Shown one piece after another: positions 19,638-29,820 of a DNA stretch of 64,000 nt; position 1 is the first letter of the stretch, and each line of letters begins with the position of its first letter. This stretch comes from Thermoanaerobaculia bacterium (GTDB lineage Bacteria; Acidobacteriota; Thermoanaerobaculia; Multivoradales; Multivoraceae), in NCBI GenBank assembly GCA_963664405.1, contig OY761158.1, positions 4,832,001 to 4,896,000 of the forward strand, read 5' to 3'. The position numbers and the translations under genes were made by a program. The notes beneath the pieces are model-generated. The model was not told the origin of the DNA, made no database searches, and saw only the letters and a program-made list of their open reading frames with translations.

Positions 19638-19976
19638 TCATCGGCGGGCGCTCTCGGTCTCCGCCATCACCCAGTCCCGGTAGTCGTCGTTCACGTACGC
19701 GACCTCTACGCCAAGGATGGCTGGCACCTCGTACGGGTGCAGCGCCTTGACCTGCTCGATCACCCTCTCGTATAGGGCGGCGCGAGTTCTCAGGCGCAGC
19801 GGAACCTCTGTTTTCCGCTCGATCTGACCCTCCCACCGATAGGTGCTGCGGATCGCCGGGTAGATGTTCGAGGCCGCGACGAGCCGGTCGCCGAGGAGGT
19901 GCTCCGAAATAGCCTCGGCAACTGCCTCGTCCGGGCAGTTGATCCATATGTCGACGATGTCCATGGCTTCAGTCAT
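19638..19976 (-). CDS. cutA: Divalent-cation tolerance protein CutA
   Basis: LVAASNI...RSTYRWEG.IE, LHPYEVPAI. Confidence 0.9.
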   Translation of the reverse strand: MTEAMDIVDIWINCPDEAVAEAISEHLLGDRLVAASNIYPAIRSTYRWEGQIERKTEVPLRLRTRAALYERVIEQVKALHPYEVPAILGVEVAYVNDDYRDWVMAETESARR

Positions 19977-19999
19977 GCCCGAACACCGAGGAGGACTCC

Positions 20000-21097
20000 T
20001 TATGAACCGGGTTTGCCCACGATTTTGCGCACCATCTCTCGGATGACGGGACTTTGCTCTCGAATATTCAGTACGGAGGTTGCCGTCATGATCACCCCTG
20101 CCACTTCGAATTCAAAGTCTATCCAGGGAGTCGTTCCCCCGGCCCCGGGATCGGCGACTTCGAGAATGTTGCCTTCGCTGTCCACGCGAAGAATCCACGA
20201 GCCAAGTCCATATCCGAGAAAGCTGGCCCCGCGCCCGGCGGCGTAGGCGACTTCCGCCCCATGGGTCTGATCGACTCGCAGCATTTCATGCACCGAGTCG
20301 GAGGAGAGCACGCGTTTGCCTTCGAACACTCCGTCGTTCGCCAACATGCGCATGAACCTGATGTAGTCGTTCAGCGTAGTTGCGATGCCGCCGGCAATGT
20401 GAGGGTTGAGGGTTGGCCGCGAATCGAAGTGAGAGCCGATCAGGCTTCCCCGCTCCGTTCCATTCTCGACGTAGACGAGGTTCCCATGGTAGGTGTCGGC
20501 CAGACCGAGCGGGCCGGTGAGCTTCTCGCCGAAAATCTGATGCCAGGGCTTCCCAGTGGCCATCTCGGCTACCCGAGCCGCAGTCTGGAAGTGCCATCCG
20601 CCGTATTGGAACTTCTCTCCGGGAGGATGCAAAAGATCCACATCCGCCACTCTTTCGACGCACTGCTTCAGGGTGATGGACGTGTCTTTGAGCCAATTCC
20701 GCGGAATCGAATTGGAGATCCCGGTCATGCACGACAAACCATGGCGGATGGTCATTGACGCTTTGTCGCCGGTAAACAGCGGAATGTAGTCCGAAACTTT
20801 GGCATCGAGCGAAAAGACGCCGTCGTCCACCAGAGCCAAGACCGGCGTGACCGCGAACCACTTGGAAGCCGAGGCGATGGGCAATACGGTGTCGGCTTGG
20901 AACGCGCCGAAAACTTCCTTGTAAATGACGCGGTCGTTTTTGATCAGCGCCATGGCCGCGCCTTTCATAGCCCTCTCATCCACCATCCGCTGGACGAATT
21001 CAGTCACCGAAGAGAAGTCGTAGCGTGCGTCCGCAGGATGGGCCGCGCTGGAAACGGCAAGAAGCAAGACCAGAAGACCCGGGATGACTCTCGACAC
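20000..21097 (-). CDS. Secreted serine hydrolase, beta-lactamase/class C family
   Basis: Signal peptide, IASASK (SxxK), PGEKFQY, YGLGSW. Confidence 0.85.
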   Translation of the reverse strand: MSRVIPGLLVLLLAVSSAAHPADARYDFSSVTEFVQRMVDERAMKGAAMALIKNDRVIYKEVFGAFQADTVLPIASASKWFAVTPVLALVDDGVFSLDAKVSDYIPLFTGDKASMTIRHGLSCMTGISNSIPRNWLKDTSITLKQCVERVADVDLLHPPGEKFQYGGWHFQTAARVAEMATGKPWHQIFGEKLTGPLGLADTYHGNLVYVENGTERGSLIGSHFDSRPTLNPHIAGGIATTLNDYIRFMRMLANDGVFEGKRVLSSDSVHEMLRVDQTHGAEVAYAAGRGASFLGYGLGSWILRVDSEGNILEVADPGAGGTTPWIDFEFEVAGVIMTATSVLNIREQSPVIREMVRKIVGKPGS

Positions 21098-21155
21098 GAG
21101 CTGCCTCCTTTCTGAGGTTGCGACGGTTCAGTACAGGCTATCAATCTACCCGGCT

Positions 21156-21310
21156 TCGTCCTCTCTGATAGGTTTTTGGAGCCGAGTTGGAGCGGGCTGT
21201 TCGTGATCTGTCACCCGAGGATCTCCGCCGATTTCGCGAGTGGTTTGTCGAGTTCGACTCCGAGCTCTGGGAACGGCAGCTCGAGCGCGACATTGACGCC
21301 GGCCGGCTCG
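21156..21310 (+). pseudogene. Diverged copy of antitoxin 19121-19286 lacking start codon
   Basis: Same upstream tcgtcctctctgatagg and LERAVRDLSPEDLRRFREWFVEFD; ATG region deleted, 3' truncated. Confidence 0.9.
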
Positions 21311-21439
21311 CTCGAAGACCAGCTGCCGATTGTCGTCGGGGAGAGCCGGTCGCGGCCGATCGTCCTGAGATGATGCCGCCTGGGAGAGGACGGCGATCAA
21401 CAGGGTCGTCGATGCGAAATGTCTGATCGTGCTTTCCAT
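21311..21439 (-). pseudogene. 5' stub of a secreted protein
   Basis: MESTIRHFASTTLLIAVLSQAASSQDD signal-peptide-like start that runs into the antitoxin copy. Confidence 0.45.
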
Positions 21440-21505
21440 GAGATCTCGATCCTACCGGCTAGAAGGTGAGCACTACCCGGGTGTAGCGACCGGCTCTGGT
21501 ATCTA

Positions 21506-21525
21506 CTGTACGTGATAATGTACAG
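21506..21525 (+). promoter_or_regulatory. Putative TA operator (inverted repeat)
   Basis: CTGTAC-gtgataat-GTACAG immediately upstream of phd. Confidence 0.55.
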
Positions 21526-21530
21526 AAGCC

Positions 21531-21812
21531 ATGGCGACCGAAACTCTTTCGCTGACTGAGATGAGACCGCGCTTGTCAGAGCTCCTGGCCCGCGCCCACG
21601 AGCAATTCGACCGATTCGTGATCACCCGTAGGGGTCGAGCAGAGGCCGTTTTGCTCTCGGCCGAGGAGTTCGATGGACTCCTGGAGACCCTCGAGATCCT
21701 GTCGGACGAGAGCCTGGTCGGAAGACTCGTCGAGGCGGACGAAGAGATGTCCACAAGCGGTGGCTACTCCCTCGAGGAGGTACGGCAGGACCTGGCCAGT
21801 GGCCGAGGTTAG
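21531..21812 (+). CDS. Phd/YefM antitoxin
   Basis: LSELL, FVITRRGRAEAVLLSAEEFDGLLETLEIL. Confidence 0.9.
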   Translation: MATETLSLTEMRPRLSELLARAHEQFDRFVITRRGRAEAVLLSAEEFDGLLETLEILSDESLVGRLVEADEEMSTSGGYSLEEVRQDLASGRG

Positions 21813-22059
21813 GCTGTCGAGCAACGCGCGGAAGAGCTACTTCAGGCTCGCTCGGAGCGACCGACGACTCTTCAAGAGGGTCGACCGTGCTCTCGAGCGT
21901 ATCGGAGAGGAACCGGAGGCTGGGAAGCCACTGGCCGGCCCTCTTGCAGGTCACCGATCGTTTCGGGTGGGCTCGTTGCGCATCGTGTACCGCATCGAAG
22001 AACAACGGTTGCTCGTACTGGTGCTCGACATCGCCGAGCGAGGAGGCGTGTACCGTTGA
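21799..22059 (+). CDS. RelE/ParE toxin
   Basis: GKPLAGPLAGHRSFRVGSLRIVYRI; overlaps the antitoxin. Confidence 0.88.
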   Translation: MAEVRLSSNARKSYFRLARSDRRLFKRVDRALERIGEEPEAGKPLAGPLAGHRSFRVGSLRIVYRIEEQRLLVLVLDIAERGGVYR

Positions 22060-22124
22060 GCCATTGGTATCGGAGGGCGTGAGCAGTGAGCGGAGCAAGT
22101 GACAGTAGGACTGAGGGAGAGGCT

Positions 22125-23588
22125 ATGAAACGGATCTGGTTCCTTTTGGGCGTTCTGAGTGTGGCTACGGCGGCTGGTGCCGATGGGGGCAAGGACTGCC
22201 GCAACCTATACCGGATGACGGACCTCAGTTATGCGGTCGAGCCGGGCCGCGTGATTGGCGCCGAGGGCACAACACCCGCGCATTGCAGAGTGCGGGCTGT
22301 TGTAAACCGTGCGATCCAAGTCGAGGTGCGGATGCCAATCGAGGGTTGGAACGGCCGTTTCATGTTCTCGACGGTGGGCGGCTATGCCGGGACGATTGGC
22401 GATACCCGGAGCCTGTTGGGGCGCGGCTTCGCCATGGCGTCCACGGATACAGGGCACACGACTGTCGACGCGGAATTCATGCTGCAACCGGAGGCGCTAC
22501 TCGACTATGCCTATCGCGGCGTCCATCTGGCGACGGCGTTTGCGAAGACCACGATCAAAACGTTCTACGGCGGCGAGATCGAATACTCCTACTTGAAGGG
22601 ATGTTCGAATGGCGGGCGCGCGGCGCTGCTCGAAGCCATTCGCTTCCCCGACGACTACGACGGGATCATCGCCGGCGCGCCGGCGTTCCGCTTCCAGGAG
22701 TTCATGCCTTGGATGATCGAGGTCGCACGCCGGCAGCAACGTCATCCTCTCGATGAGGATGCGCTCCAGGTGCTCGACGACGCATCCAGGGCCGCTTGCG
22801 ACTCGCTTGATGGTGTGACGGACGGCGTGATCAACGATCCGCGTCACTGCAGCGAGGAGGTCTACGACATCGACGAGCTTGCGTGCCGCGTGGGTCAGAC
22901 CGAGGGGTGCCTGAGCAAAGGCCAGATCGAGACGGCGCGGTTCATCTATCAAGACCAGATCGATAGCGCGGGCGACATCGTCTCTCCCGGTGTACTGCCC
23001 GGCGCGGAGGGCGCGGGAGATTGGGCATTCTGGATGCTGCCCAACGCTCAGCGACAGACCTCGGTGATCGACGCGCTGAGCGGCGGGCTCAAAAACTATC
23101 TGAAGGATCCCGAGTTCGATCTCGACGGTTTCGACACCGCTGACGATCGAGCGCTTCTCGATGACATGGCGTCCTACATGGATGTGCAAAGTGCGGACCT
23201 CACTGAGTTTCGAGAACACGGCGGCAAGTTATTGATGTATCAAGGTTGGAACGACTGGCCGCTCCGGCCGCAGCGCGCGATCGAGTATCTTGCGGAGGCG
23301 CAGGCAGTACACGGTGGGCCGCGCGAAACGGCGGAGTTTTTCCGCCTCTTTATGGTGCCGGGGATAGTACATTGCTCGCGCGGTCCCGGGGCCTGGGTAA
23401 CCGACTACGTCGATCCGCTCGTCAAGTGGCGCGAGGAAGGCCGCGTGCCGGAAAGTATTGTCGCGTCGCGTCCGGCGGGAGATGACGGGGGCGATAGCGG
23501 ATTCACGCGGCCGCTCTGCACATATCCGAAGCTTGCGCAATACAAGGGAGGCGACCTCGCGCATGCAGATAGTTACGAGTGTAATTAG
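22125..23588 (+). CDS. Tannase/feruloyl esterase family hydrolase (secreted)
   Basis: GCSNGGR, DYDGIIAGAP, GGKLLMYQGWND, RLFMVPG.HC, RPLC.YP. Confidence 0.92.
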   Translation: MKRIWFLLGVLSVATAAGADGGKDCRNLYRMTDLSYAVEPGRVIGAEGTTPAHCRVRAVVNRAIQVEVRMPIEGWNGRFMFSTVGGYAGTIGDTRSLLGRGFAMASTDTGHTTVDAEFMLQPEALLDYAYRGVHLATAFAKTTIKTFYGGEIEYSYLKGCSNGGRAALLEAIRFPDDYDGIIAGAPAFRFQEFMPWMIEVARRQQRHPLDEDALQVLDDASRAACDSLDGVTDGVINDPRHCSEEVYDIDELACRVGQTEGCLSKGQIETARFIYQDQIDSAGDIVSPGVLPGAEGAGDWAFWMLPNAQRQTSVIDALSGGLKNYLKDPEFDLDGFDTADDRALLDDMASYMDVQSADLTEFREHGGKLLMYQGWNDWPLRPQRAIEYLAEAQAVHGGPRETAEFFRLFMVPGIVHCSRGPGAWVTDYVDPLVKWREEGRVPESIVASRPAGDDGGDSGFTRPLCTYPKLAQYKGGDLAHADSYECN

Positions 23589-23593
23589 ACGAA

Positions 23594-23772
23594 ATGGCGA
23601 CACGAGACCTTAGCGAACGCTCTAGAATCCCGCAGTGTTTTCTGTGGTCACTGCTCGCCCTTGGGCTGTGTGACGAGGCCGATGCTGCGAGCGGTTTCTC
23701 CTGTACCGAGGTCCTTGGCTTCTCACAGTCGGTGGAGTGGTTCGGTGGGTTCTCTCTGGCCCGGCAGCCGCC
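23594..23772 (+). pseudogene. 5' stub of a secreted protein truncated at GGTGCCACCC repeat
   Basis: Signal-like N-term and FSCTEVLGFSQSVEWF, then repeat sequence. Confidence 0.5.
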
Positions 23773-23878
23773 GGCTGCCAAAGGTGCCACCCGTTTGTTG
23801 ACCGGTCTTCGCTGAGTCCGCACCTGTACCTCTGTTACACATTTTGGACGGCCCTTGCTCGCGAACCGCGTAGACCGG
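23772..23878 (+). repeat. GGTGCCACCC repeat, subfamily A
   Basis: ggtgccacccgtttgttgaccggtcttc...ttacacatt...gctcgcgaac aligns with 32742-32828. Confidence 0.8.
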
Positions 23879-23971
23879 AGTGCAAAGAGCACCAGTGTGC
23901 GCCCTCAGCACGGCTTGCCGAGTACCTGCGGAGACCAGCCGGCAGCCAGAGTCGGGTAAGGTACGGCGAAC

Positions 23972-25099
23972 ATGGACGACAGCGACCTCAAACCACTGAG
24001 CCGGGTCGCTACCGACAAGACCGGGCAAGAGGTTGTGGTCCGTACGATCTTGCTCCGCGACCTCACTCAAGAGGACCTGGAGCGTATGGTGGAGCTCCTG
24101 CAGGTGGTCTTCGACGGCTGGCCGGCCTTCGACCCGGGGGTAACGGCGGTTGACCACCTTCGCTGGAAGATCGAGACCCCCTTCGCCGGCGTCGCCGCAA
24201 TCGCGGCGGAGATCGAGGGGGAGCTGGTCGGCTCGGTCACGGTCTTTACACTGCGGGCGAAAGTCGGCGATCGCGAGTTCCCGCGAACGCGCAGCCTCGA
24301 CTACGCCGTTCACCCCGACTTCCGCGGCAGGGGTATTGCCAGTGCCATCAGCCCGGTGATCCAAGACGCAGTGCCGTCACCAAGGCTGCGAATTTCGGAG
24401 ACGCACAGCCAAGAGCTTCTTCATCTCTTGCACAAGAGCGGGGCTCAGGTTGTCGCCAATCCGGTGCGACCTCTCCGCTGTCAGCTGGGCATGCCCGACA
24501 CCAAGACGAGGGAGACAACGAGCGGGCTTCTGATGGCGCTGGGAACCGCAGCGATGGGGCTTGGCAATAGGCTTCGGTACCGCCGCCGCCATTCTTCGAC
24601 TCCCAGACCCAAGACCCTGACCCGATTCGACGAGCGCTTCGATGTCTTCTGGGAGAGCGTTCGAGAGCAATTCGACGTCATCCTGGTCCGCACTCATGAC
24701 TACCTCAACTGGCGTTACTGCGACCCGCGAGGGGGCGAATCCATCGTCCGTGTTGTCGAGAACCAGGACCGTGTGCTGGGCTACGCAGTGCTCAAGATGC
24801 AGGGTGCCGAGGCCGCGTTCGCCGACGTTCTCGTCCTACCAGAACGGCTCGACGTCGTTGACGCGCTGATCGCCGACGGGTTGGAGATACTGCGCGAAGA
24901 CGGCGTGAAGAGCGTGATCTGCTGGCTACCCGAGCGTCATCCTTACCGTCACACCCTGCTCGGGCGCAGTTTCGTACAAGCCCGCCAAAGAGTCCTTCTG
25001 ACGACTCGTCCGGGCTACCTTCCCGACGACGCGGATGCGATATTGAACCGACCAGAGCTACGCTTCCACTATTCGCTCGGGGACTCGGACTGGGTCTAG
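23972..25099 (+). CDS. GNAT-fold (tandem) acetyltransferase-like protein
   Basis: AVHPDFRGRG, YLNWRYCDPR, GDSDWV; paralogue of 55993-57102. Confidence 0.8.
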   Translation: MDDSDLKPLSRVATDKTGQEVVVRTILLRDLTQEDLERMVELLQVVFDGWPAFDPGVTAVDHLRWKIETPFAGVAAIAAEIEGELVGSVTVFTLRAKVGDREFPRTRSLDYAVHPDFRGRGIASAISPVIQDAVPSPRLRISETHSQELLHLLHKSGAQVVANPVRPLRCQLGMPDTKTRETTSGLLMALGTAAMGLGNRLRYRRRHSSTPRPKTLTRFDERFDVFWESVREQFDVILVRTHDYLNWRYCDPRGGESIVRVVENQDRVLGYAVLKMQGAEAAFADVLVLPERLDVVDALIADGLEILREDGVKSVICWLPERHPYRHTLLGRSFVQARQRVLLTTRPGYLPDDADAILNRPELRFHYSLGDSDWV

Positions 25100-25103
25100 G
25101 CCG

Positions 25104-25195
25104 AGTCGCTCGAACGCCCTTACCGAGGTGAGTTTGTGAGCATCATCAGACGCATTACCGTCCAGGACCTACAGCTACGAGCTCGATGACTTCGG
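25104..25195 (+). repeat. Diverged copy of upstream region and first ~20 codons of the enolase-family gene (38311-38404)
   Basis: cgaacgccctta...ttgtgagca(t/c)catcag(a/g)cgcattaccgtccagg...ctacgagctcga(t/c)gacttcgg. Confidence 0.9.
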
Positions 25196-25245
25196 TTCGC
25201 CCATGGGAACCTACTCACTCGTCTGTCTCCTTGTCGTTTTCGCTT

Positions 25246-26412
25246 CTACTCGGGCCGACTGTTTCTCGGAATAAAGCCAAAGATGATGTCCGTGTTCGCC
25301 AGATAGCCGTCTTTACTCTGAATGAGCAGTTCTTGCTGTATCAACCAGTTCACGTCTCGGGTGACCGTCTTATCGGTCTTGTTTCGATACGCCTCTTCGA
25401 TTCGGGGACTTACCGTCCTAATCCTGGCCTTCCTCACCGCCTCGCCCAGCCATGAGAGATCGAGCAGTAGGTCCCGCTTCCGTGTGTCAGATGGAGAGAT
25501 CTTGTCCTCGAAGACTTCGTGCACGTAGTCCCGCCAAGCCAATCCGATCTGGTAGGCCTGCACCTCTCGCAACTGCCCTTGGAGTTGGTCGACGAGGCCC
25601 TCGACCGCGTACAGCAAAAACGGGACAACGTCCCCTCCTGACTCGCTGGCACGGGCAAGCTCCCGCAGGTATCGCTCTCTCGTCAGGTTGTAGTGATTGC
25701 TCAGAAGGTGGGCTGCTGGGGTAGGTGCGCCCGCACCGATGAGGATGAAGAACTCGATCAGTCGAGCCGTGCGCCCGTTGCCATCGCCGAAGGGGTGAAT
25801 CCAGGCTATGTAGAGGTGGGCTAAGACGGCGCTGAGAATCCCAGACACCAGATCCTGAGGCTGTGCCAGCTCGTTCAGCCAGCTGCAAAGCTTCTCTACC
25901 AGATACGGGCAGTCTTGCCACGGCGCTCCGCGATAGCCCGAAACGACAACCGAGTGCTTGCAGTACTTTCCGGGCTCTACTTCTTCGCTTAGCTCCAGAT
26001 CGCGAAGGACCTGGGCGTTGAACTCCCGGACGGCGTCGGGAGAAAGCGGCGATCGCGACTGGCCCACCAGGGCTACTAGTTCCTTGGCCAGCTCTGTACA
26101 GGCATACGCAATATTCTCCACCTCCTGCTTCAAGTAGGCCTGGGACGGAGGGAGGTCCAGCTCATTGGACAGGATCTTCTTGACCTGCTCCTCGTCGAGC
26201 GTATTGCCTTCGATGGCAGTGGAACCGCCAACGCCCTTCGCCAAATAAAGGAGGTGAAGCTGCTGAGCTTCAGACGGCTTCAGAGGAATCTGAGCTATCG
26301 CCTCACACTTGGCCTTCGCTTCCCCGAGAAGCATCCACAACTTTCCGGGGAGGCTCCCAACATTCAGATGGAAGCTGATCCAGGGGTGTGTTCTCGCGTA
26401 CTCGCGGTCAAT
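25246..26412 (-). CDS. Fic family protein
   Basis: HPFGDGNGRTAR, STAIEGNTL; frame extends upstream of TTG 26340 through YARTHPWISF to ATT at 26412 (start uncertain). Confidence 0.88.
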   Translation of the reverse strand: MDREYARTHPWISFHLNVGSLPGKLWMLLGEAKAKCEAIAQIPLKPSEAQQLHLLYLAKGVGGSTAIEGNTLDEEQVKKILSNELDLPPSQAYLKQEVENIAYACTELAKELVALVGQSRSPLSPDAVREFNAQVLRDLELSEEVEPGKYCKHSVVVSGYRGAPWQDCPYLVEKLCSWLNELAQPQDLVSGILSAVLAHLYIAWIHPFGDGNGRTARLIEFFILIGAGAPTPAAHLLSNHYNLTRERYLRELARASESGGDVVPFLLYAVEGLVDQLQGQLREVQAYQIGLAWRDYVHEVFEDKISPSDTRKRDLLLDLSWLGEAVRKARIRTVSPRIEEAYRNKTDKTVTRDVNWLIQQELLIQSKDGYLANTDIIFGFIPRNSRPE

Positions 26413-26644
26413 ATTTGCTGATAAATCTGACGTGTTATGTCCCTCCTAAGTGACTCCATTGGGAATAGATAGTATACACGGTAACCATCTCGATGTCCCC
26501 AAACCTGTTAGAAATCTGCGAAGGAATCTTGGGCCATCGTGGGCCATCGCGGACTCACCCCTTCGTTACCGGATCGCCCACGTTGAATTTGCTCACCCGG
26601 CCGGTTCTGCCATCGCAGGTCAAGAGGTACACGGTACGACCCCG

Positions 26645-27124
26645 GCAATCGGCGAACAGACCTACAAGGGAGTCTTCGCCCTCACGATCGTCGCCTCCAT
26701 CGTCATGATGGTGTTCGGGTGGCGAGCGATTACACCGACCGCCGTCTACAGAGCATCCGCCTGGGGGTACGCCGCCGCCGAGCTGCTGGTGTTCGTCGCG
26801 CTGGTTCTCTTCGTGGCCTCAGGACTCCCCAGCAATCTCAAGCGAGCGGTTCGTCATCCTCAGTTGAGCGGCCTCGTTGTGTGGAGCGGCGCTCATCTGC
26901 TCGCGAACGGAGATCGGCGCTCCTTGGTCCTCTTTGGGGGCCTCGGGTTGTGGGCCATCCTGGCGATGATGTTCACCAACCGCCGCGACGGTGCGTGGGA
27001 GAAACCGGAGCCCGTGCCGATGGCGAGCGAGCTCAAGCCTCTTCTGATAGCGGCCGGCTCCTGGGCGGCCCTCTTCTTCGTACACCCCTACTTCGCGGGC
27101 GTTTCCCTTTCCCTCGCCTGGTGA
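26645..27124 (+). pseudogene. nnrU: NnrU family membrane protein, 5'-truncated
   Basis: GEQTYKG, RHPQL.G...WSGAHLLANGD; first TM helix missing and upstream sequence unrelated. Confidence 0.75.
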
Positions 27125-27161
27125 GCCTTCGGCTGGCAACGGGCACCTGCGACTACGACCG

Positions 27162-27314
27162 TGGCCGCCGATGCCACAGGCGCCTTCAGCGCCAATGTTG
27201 GCGGGTGAGCATCTCGAGCTGCTCCTGCGCCTTCTCGAGCGGCAGGGGATCAAGGTCGATGATTCGAGCGGGCCTCCGGATTGGGATGGGGAGTCGTTCG
27301 ATCTCGAGTGGGCG
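27162..27314 (+). repeat. DUF222-HNH 3'-end copy 3
   Basis: MPQAPSAPMLAGEHLELLLRLLERQGIKVDDSSGPPDWDGESFDLEWA, truncated just before the terminal palindrome. Confidence 0.92.
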
Positions 27315-27320
27315 AGGTAT

Positions 27321-27343
27321 TCACCCTCGATTGCGTCTCTATC
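27321..27343 (+). repeat. Internal block of repeat subfamily B
   Basis: tcaccctcgattgcgtctctatc versus tcagcctcgattgcgtcttcatc (minus strand ~15907-15929). Confidence 0.5.
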
Positions 27344-27389
27344 TACTGGAGATGGACAGTCAAGGGGTGTGCAAGATGAGTCGTACTAC

Positions 27390-27413
27390 GACCATGGTCT
27401 CAAGACCATGGTA
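27390..27413 (+). promoter_or_regulatory. Tandem palindromic TA operator
   Basis: GACCATGGTC-tcaa-GACCATGGTA directly upstream of phd. Confidence 0.65.
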
Positions 27414-27423
27414 CGTTAGATGG

Positions 27424-27681
27424 ATGCAGACGATTGCGATCTCCAAGTTCAAGGCCCGGTGCCTGGCGATTCTCGAGGAGGTTCGCCGCACGGGGGAACC
27501 GGTGAGAGTCACGCGCTTCGGCAGGCCGGTGGCGGAGATCGTCCCACCCGTGCCGTCCGAGGACGAGGGGGAGTGGATGGGTCGCTGGCGTGCTGAGATG
27601 CGGATCGTGGGAGACGTCGTCTCGCCGGTGATCCCACCTGAGACCTGGGAGGCGTTGGGCGAGAAGCCTTCCGATCTATGA
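27424..27681 (+). CDS. Phd/YefM antitoxin
   Basis: MQTIAISKFKARCLAILEEVRRTGEPVRVTRFGRPVAEIVP. Confidence 0.9.
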   Translation: MQTIAISKFKARCLAILEEVRRTGEPVRVTRFGRPVAEIVPPVPSEDEGEWMGRWRAEMRIVGDVVSPVIPPETWEALGEKPSDL

Positions 27682-28076
27682 GACTGCTTCTCGATACCCA
27701 CGTCTGGATCTGGAGTCTGGTCGAGCCGGAGCAGCTGCGTGCGGAGACGCGATCCGCGCTCTCCGACCCCGCGTCTGAGCTCTACCTGTCTCCCATCTCG
27801 GTATGGGAGCTCTTGCTGCTCGTGGAGAGGGGGCGAATCGAGCTAGCCCAGGATCTAGAGCCGGAGCAGTGGGTGGCAAGCACGTTGGCGACGACTCCGT
27901 TGAGAGAGGCGCCGCTCACATGGAAGATCGCGAGTCGCAGCCGCTCACTCGACCTTGCCACCGACGATCCGGCCGATCGATTCCTCGCCGCGACGGCTGC
28001 CGAACGCAAGCTGACTCTGGTTACAGCCGATCGGCAGCTGCTCAGCTGCGCCGAGATCTCGACCCTGCCGGCTTGA
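27678..28076 (+). CDS. vapC: VapC PIN-domain toxin
   Basis: MRLLLDTHVWIW, SPISVWE, DPADRFLAATA, LVTAD. Confidence 0.92.
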   Translation: MRLLLDTHVWIWSLVEPEQLRAETRSALSDPASELYLSPISVWELLLLVERGRIELAQDLEPEQWVASTLATTPLREAPLTWKIASRSRSLDLATDDPADRFLAATAAERKLTLVTADRQLLSCAEISTLPA

Positions 28077-28179
28077 GCACCGCTGCGAGCGAGTCGGCGG
28101 GCCTGCCGCACGCGCGGCGTTGTTGACCGTGATCTATGATGCATGCTGACCAGTGGGGCTCAGACCGGCAGGGACTGTG

Positions 28180-29781
28180 ATGAAGAAGGGGATCGTATCG
28201 ACGCCGCAGCCCGAAGCAACTGAGGCCGGGATCGAGGCTTTGCGGCGTGGCGGCAATGCGGTCGACGCGGCCATCGTAACGGCGCTCGTGCAGGGTGTTG
28301 TCGATCCCCAGATGTGCGGCATCGCCGGCTTCGGCAGCATGCAGATCTATCTCCCCAAAGCCGGCGTCCACACCTTCATCGACTTCCACGGCAAGACTCC
28401 CGCCGCGGCCACGCCGGAGATGTGGGAGGACCTGATCGTCGGCGAGGCGCGGGACGGCTTCGGCTTCTTCTTGAAGGATCACGTCAACGACGTCGGCTAT
28501 CAGTCGATCACCGTGCCGGGTAGTCTCAAGGCCTACTTCGAGGCGCAGACCGAGCACGGCCGCATGGACTGGGCAGACGTGGTGGCACCGGCTATCGCTC
28601 ATGCCGAGGCGGGCGTGATGATCCGCCCTCACATGCGGTTCTTCTGGACACACGACGACCGCAGCGGGCGCGTGCTGACAGAGGAGCGCCTGCGCTTCAC
28701 CGAAGCAGGGCGGCGCATCTACTTCCACCCCGACGGCCGCCTCAAGGGATTGGGCGACACATTGAAGAATCCCGAAATGGCGGCGGCTTTGCGGCGCATC
28801 GCCAAGGACGGAGCGGACGTGTTCTATCGCGGTGAGATCTCGGACGCCATCTCCGCCGACATGAAGGCCCACGGCGGGCTGCTCTCGGGCGAGGATCTCG
28901 CGACCTACGAGACGCGACGCGTCGACCCACTGTGGGGCGAGTTCCGCGGCTATCGGGTCGCCAGCAACCGGCCGCCCGGCGGTGGCGTAATGCTGATCGA
29001 GATGTTGCAGATCCTCGAGAACTTCGATCTCGAAGGCATGGGGCACAACAGCGTCGACTACGTCCGCACGCTGTGCGAGGCGATGAAGCGGGCGACCTCG
29101 GACAAGGACGAGCACGTCGGCGACCCCGACTTTGTCGACGTGCCGCTCGACCGGCTCACCGACAAGGCCTATGCTGCCGAGCTCGCGGCCAGCATCAAGG
29201 CGGGCGACGTGGCTTCGGTGGAGCGCTACTCGGCCGACGCGTCGCACACCACCCACATCGCCATCGTCGATGCGGAGGGAAACGCGGTGTCGATGACCCA
29301 CTCCCTGGGCATGCCTTCCGGGGTGATCACGGAGGGGCTGGGGTTCATGTACAACGGCTGCATGGGGGTGTTCGATCCCCGCCCCGGTCGCGCCGGGTCG
29401 ATCGCGCCGGGCAAGGCGCGGTTCAGCTCCATCTGCCCCACGATGGTCTTCGAGGGCGACGATCCGGTGCTGGTGATTGGCGCTCCCGGCGGCACCCAGA
29501 TCGCCATGGGCGTCTTGCAGGCGACACTGAACGCACTCGAGTTCGACATGCCGATCACCGACGCGATCATGGCACCGCGATTCTCCGCCACCAGCAATGC
29601 CATCGACGTCTCGAACCGGATCCCGCGATACGTGACGCGCGCGTTGGAGGCGCAGGGGTACGACATCGTGCGGAGCTATCTGAGCTACGGTTTCGCTGCC
29701 GTGCACGGGCTCAGACGGCAGAACGGAGAGTGGGCAGGGGCGGCGGACCCCGGCCACGACGGCATGGCGTTGGCGGAGTGA
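28180..29781 (+). CDS. ggt: Gamma-glutamyltransferase family protein
   Basis: GGNAVDAA, VPG, TTH nucleophile motif, GAPGG. Confidence 0.92.
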   Translation: MKKGIVSTPQPEATEAGIEALRRGGNAVDAAIVTALVQGVVDPQMCGIAGFGSMQIYLPKAGVHTFIDFHGKTPAAATPEMWEDLIVGEARDGFGFFLKDHVNDVGYQSITVPGSLKAYFEAQTEHGRMDWADVVAPAIAHAEAGVMIRPHMRFFWTHDDRSGRVLTEERLRFTEAGRRIYFHPDGRLKGLGDTLKNPEMAAALRRIAKDGADVFYRGEISDAISADMKAHGGLLSGEDLATYETRRVDPLWGEFRGYRVASNRPPGGGVMLIEMLQILENFDLEGMGHNSVDYVRTLCEAMKRATSDKDEHVGDPDFVDVPLDRLTDKAYAAELAASIKAGDVASVERYSADASHTTHIAIVDAEGNAVSMTHSLGMPSGVITEGLGFMYNGCMGVFDPRPGRAGSIAPGKARFSSICPTMVFEGDDPVLVIGAPGGTQIAMGVLQATLNALEFDMPITDAIMAPRFSATSNAIDVSNRIPRYVTRALEAQGYDIVRSYLSYGFAAVHGLRRQNGEWAGAADPGHDGMALAE

Positions 29782-29820
29782 TCATCGGCGGCTGAGAGCC
29801 CTTCCCGGATCAACGCGACG

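Noticed and set aside
27126-27147. ccttcggctggcaacgg resembling the left flank of subfamily A
   Set aside because: Short and lacking the palindrome; suggestive next to a DUF222 tail but not supportable alone.
26719-27681. 320-aa ORF
   Set aside because: Only the last 85 codons (Phd) are real; the rest overlaps nnrU and the DUF222 tail out of frame.
28581-28589. GGTGGCACC inside ggt
   Set aside because: Within coding sequence with no flanking repeat similarity; a chance match.
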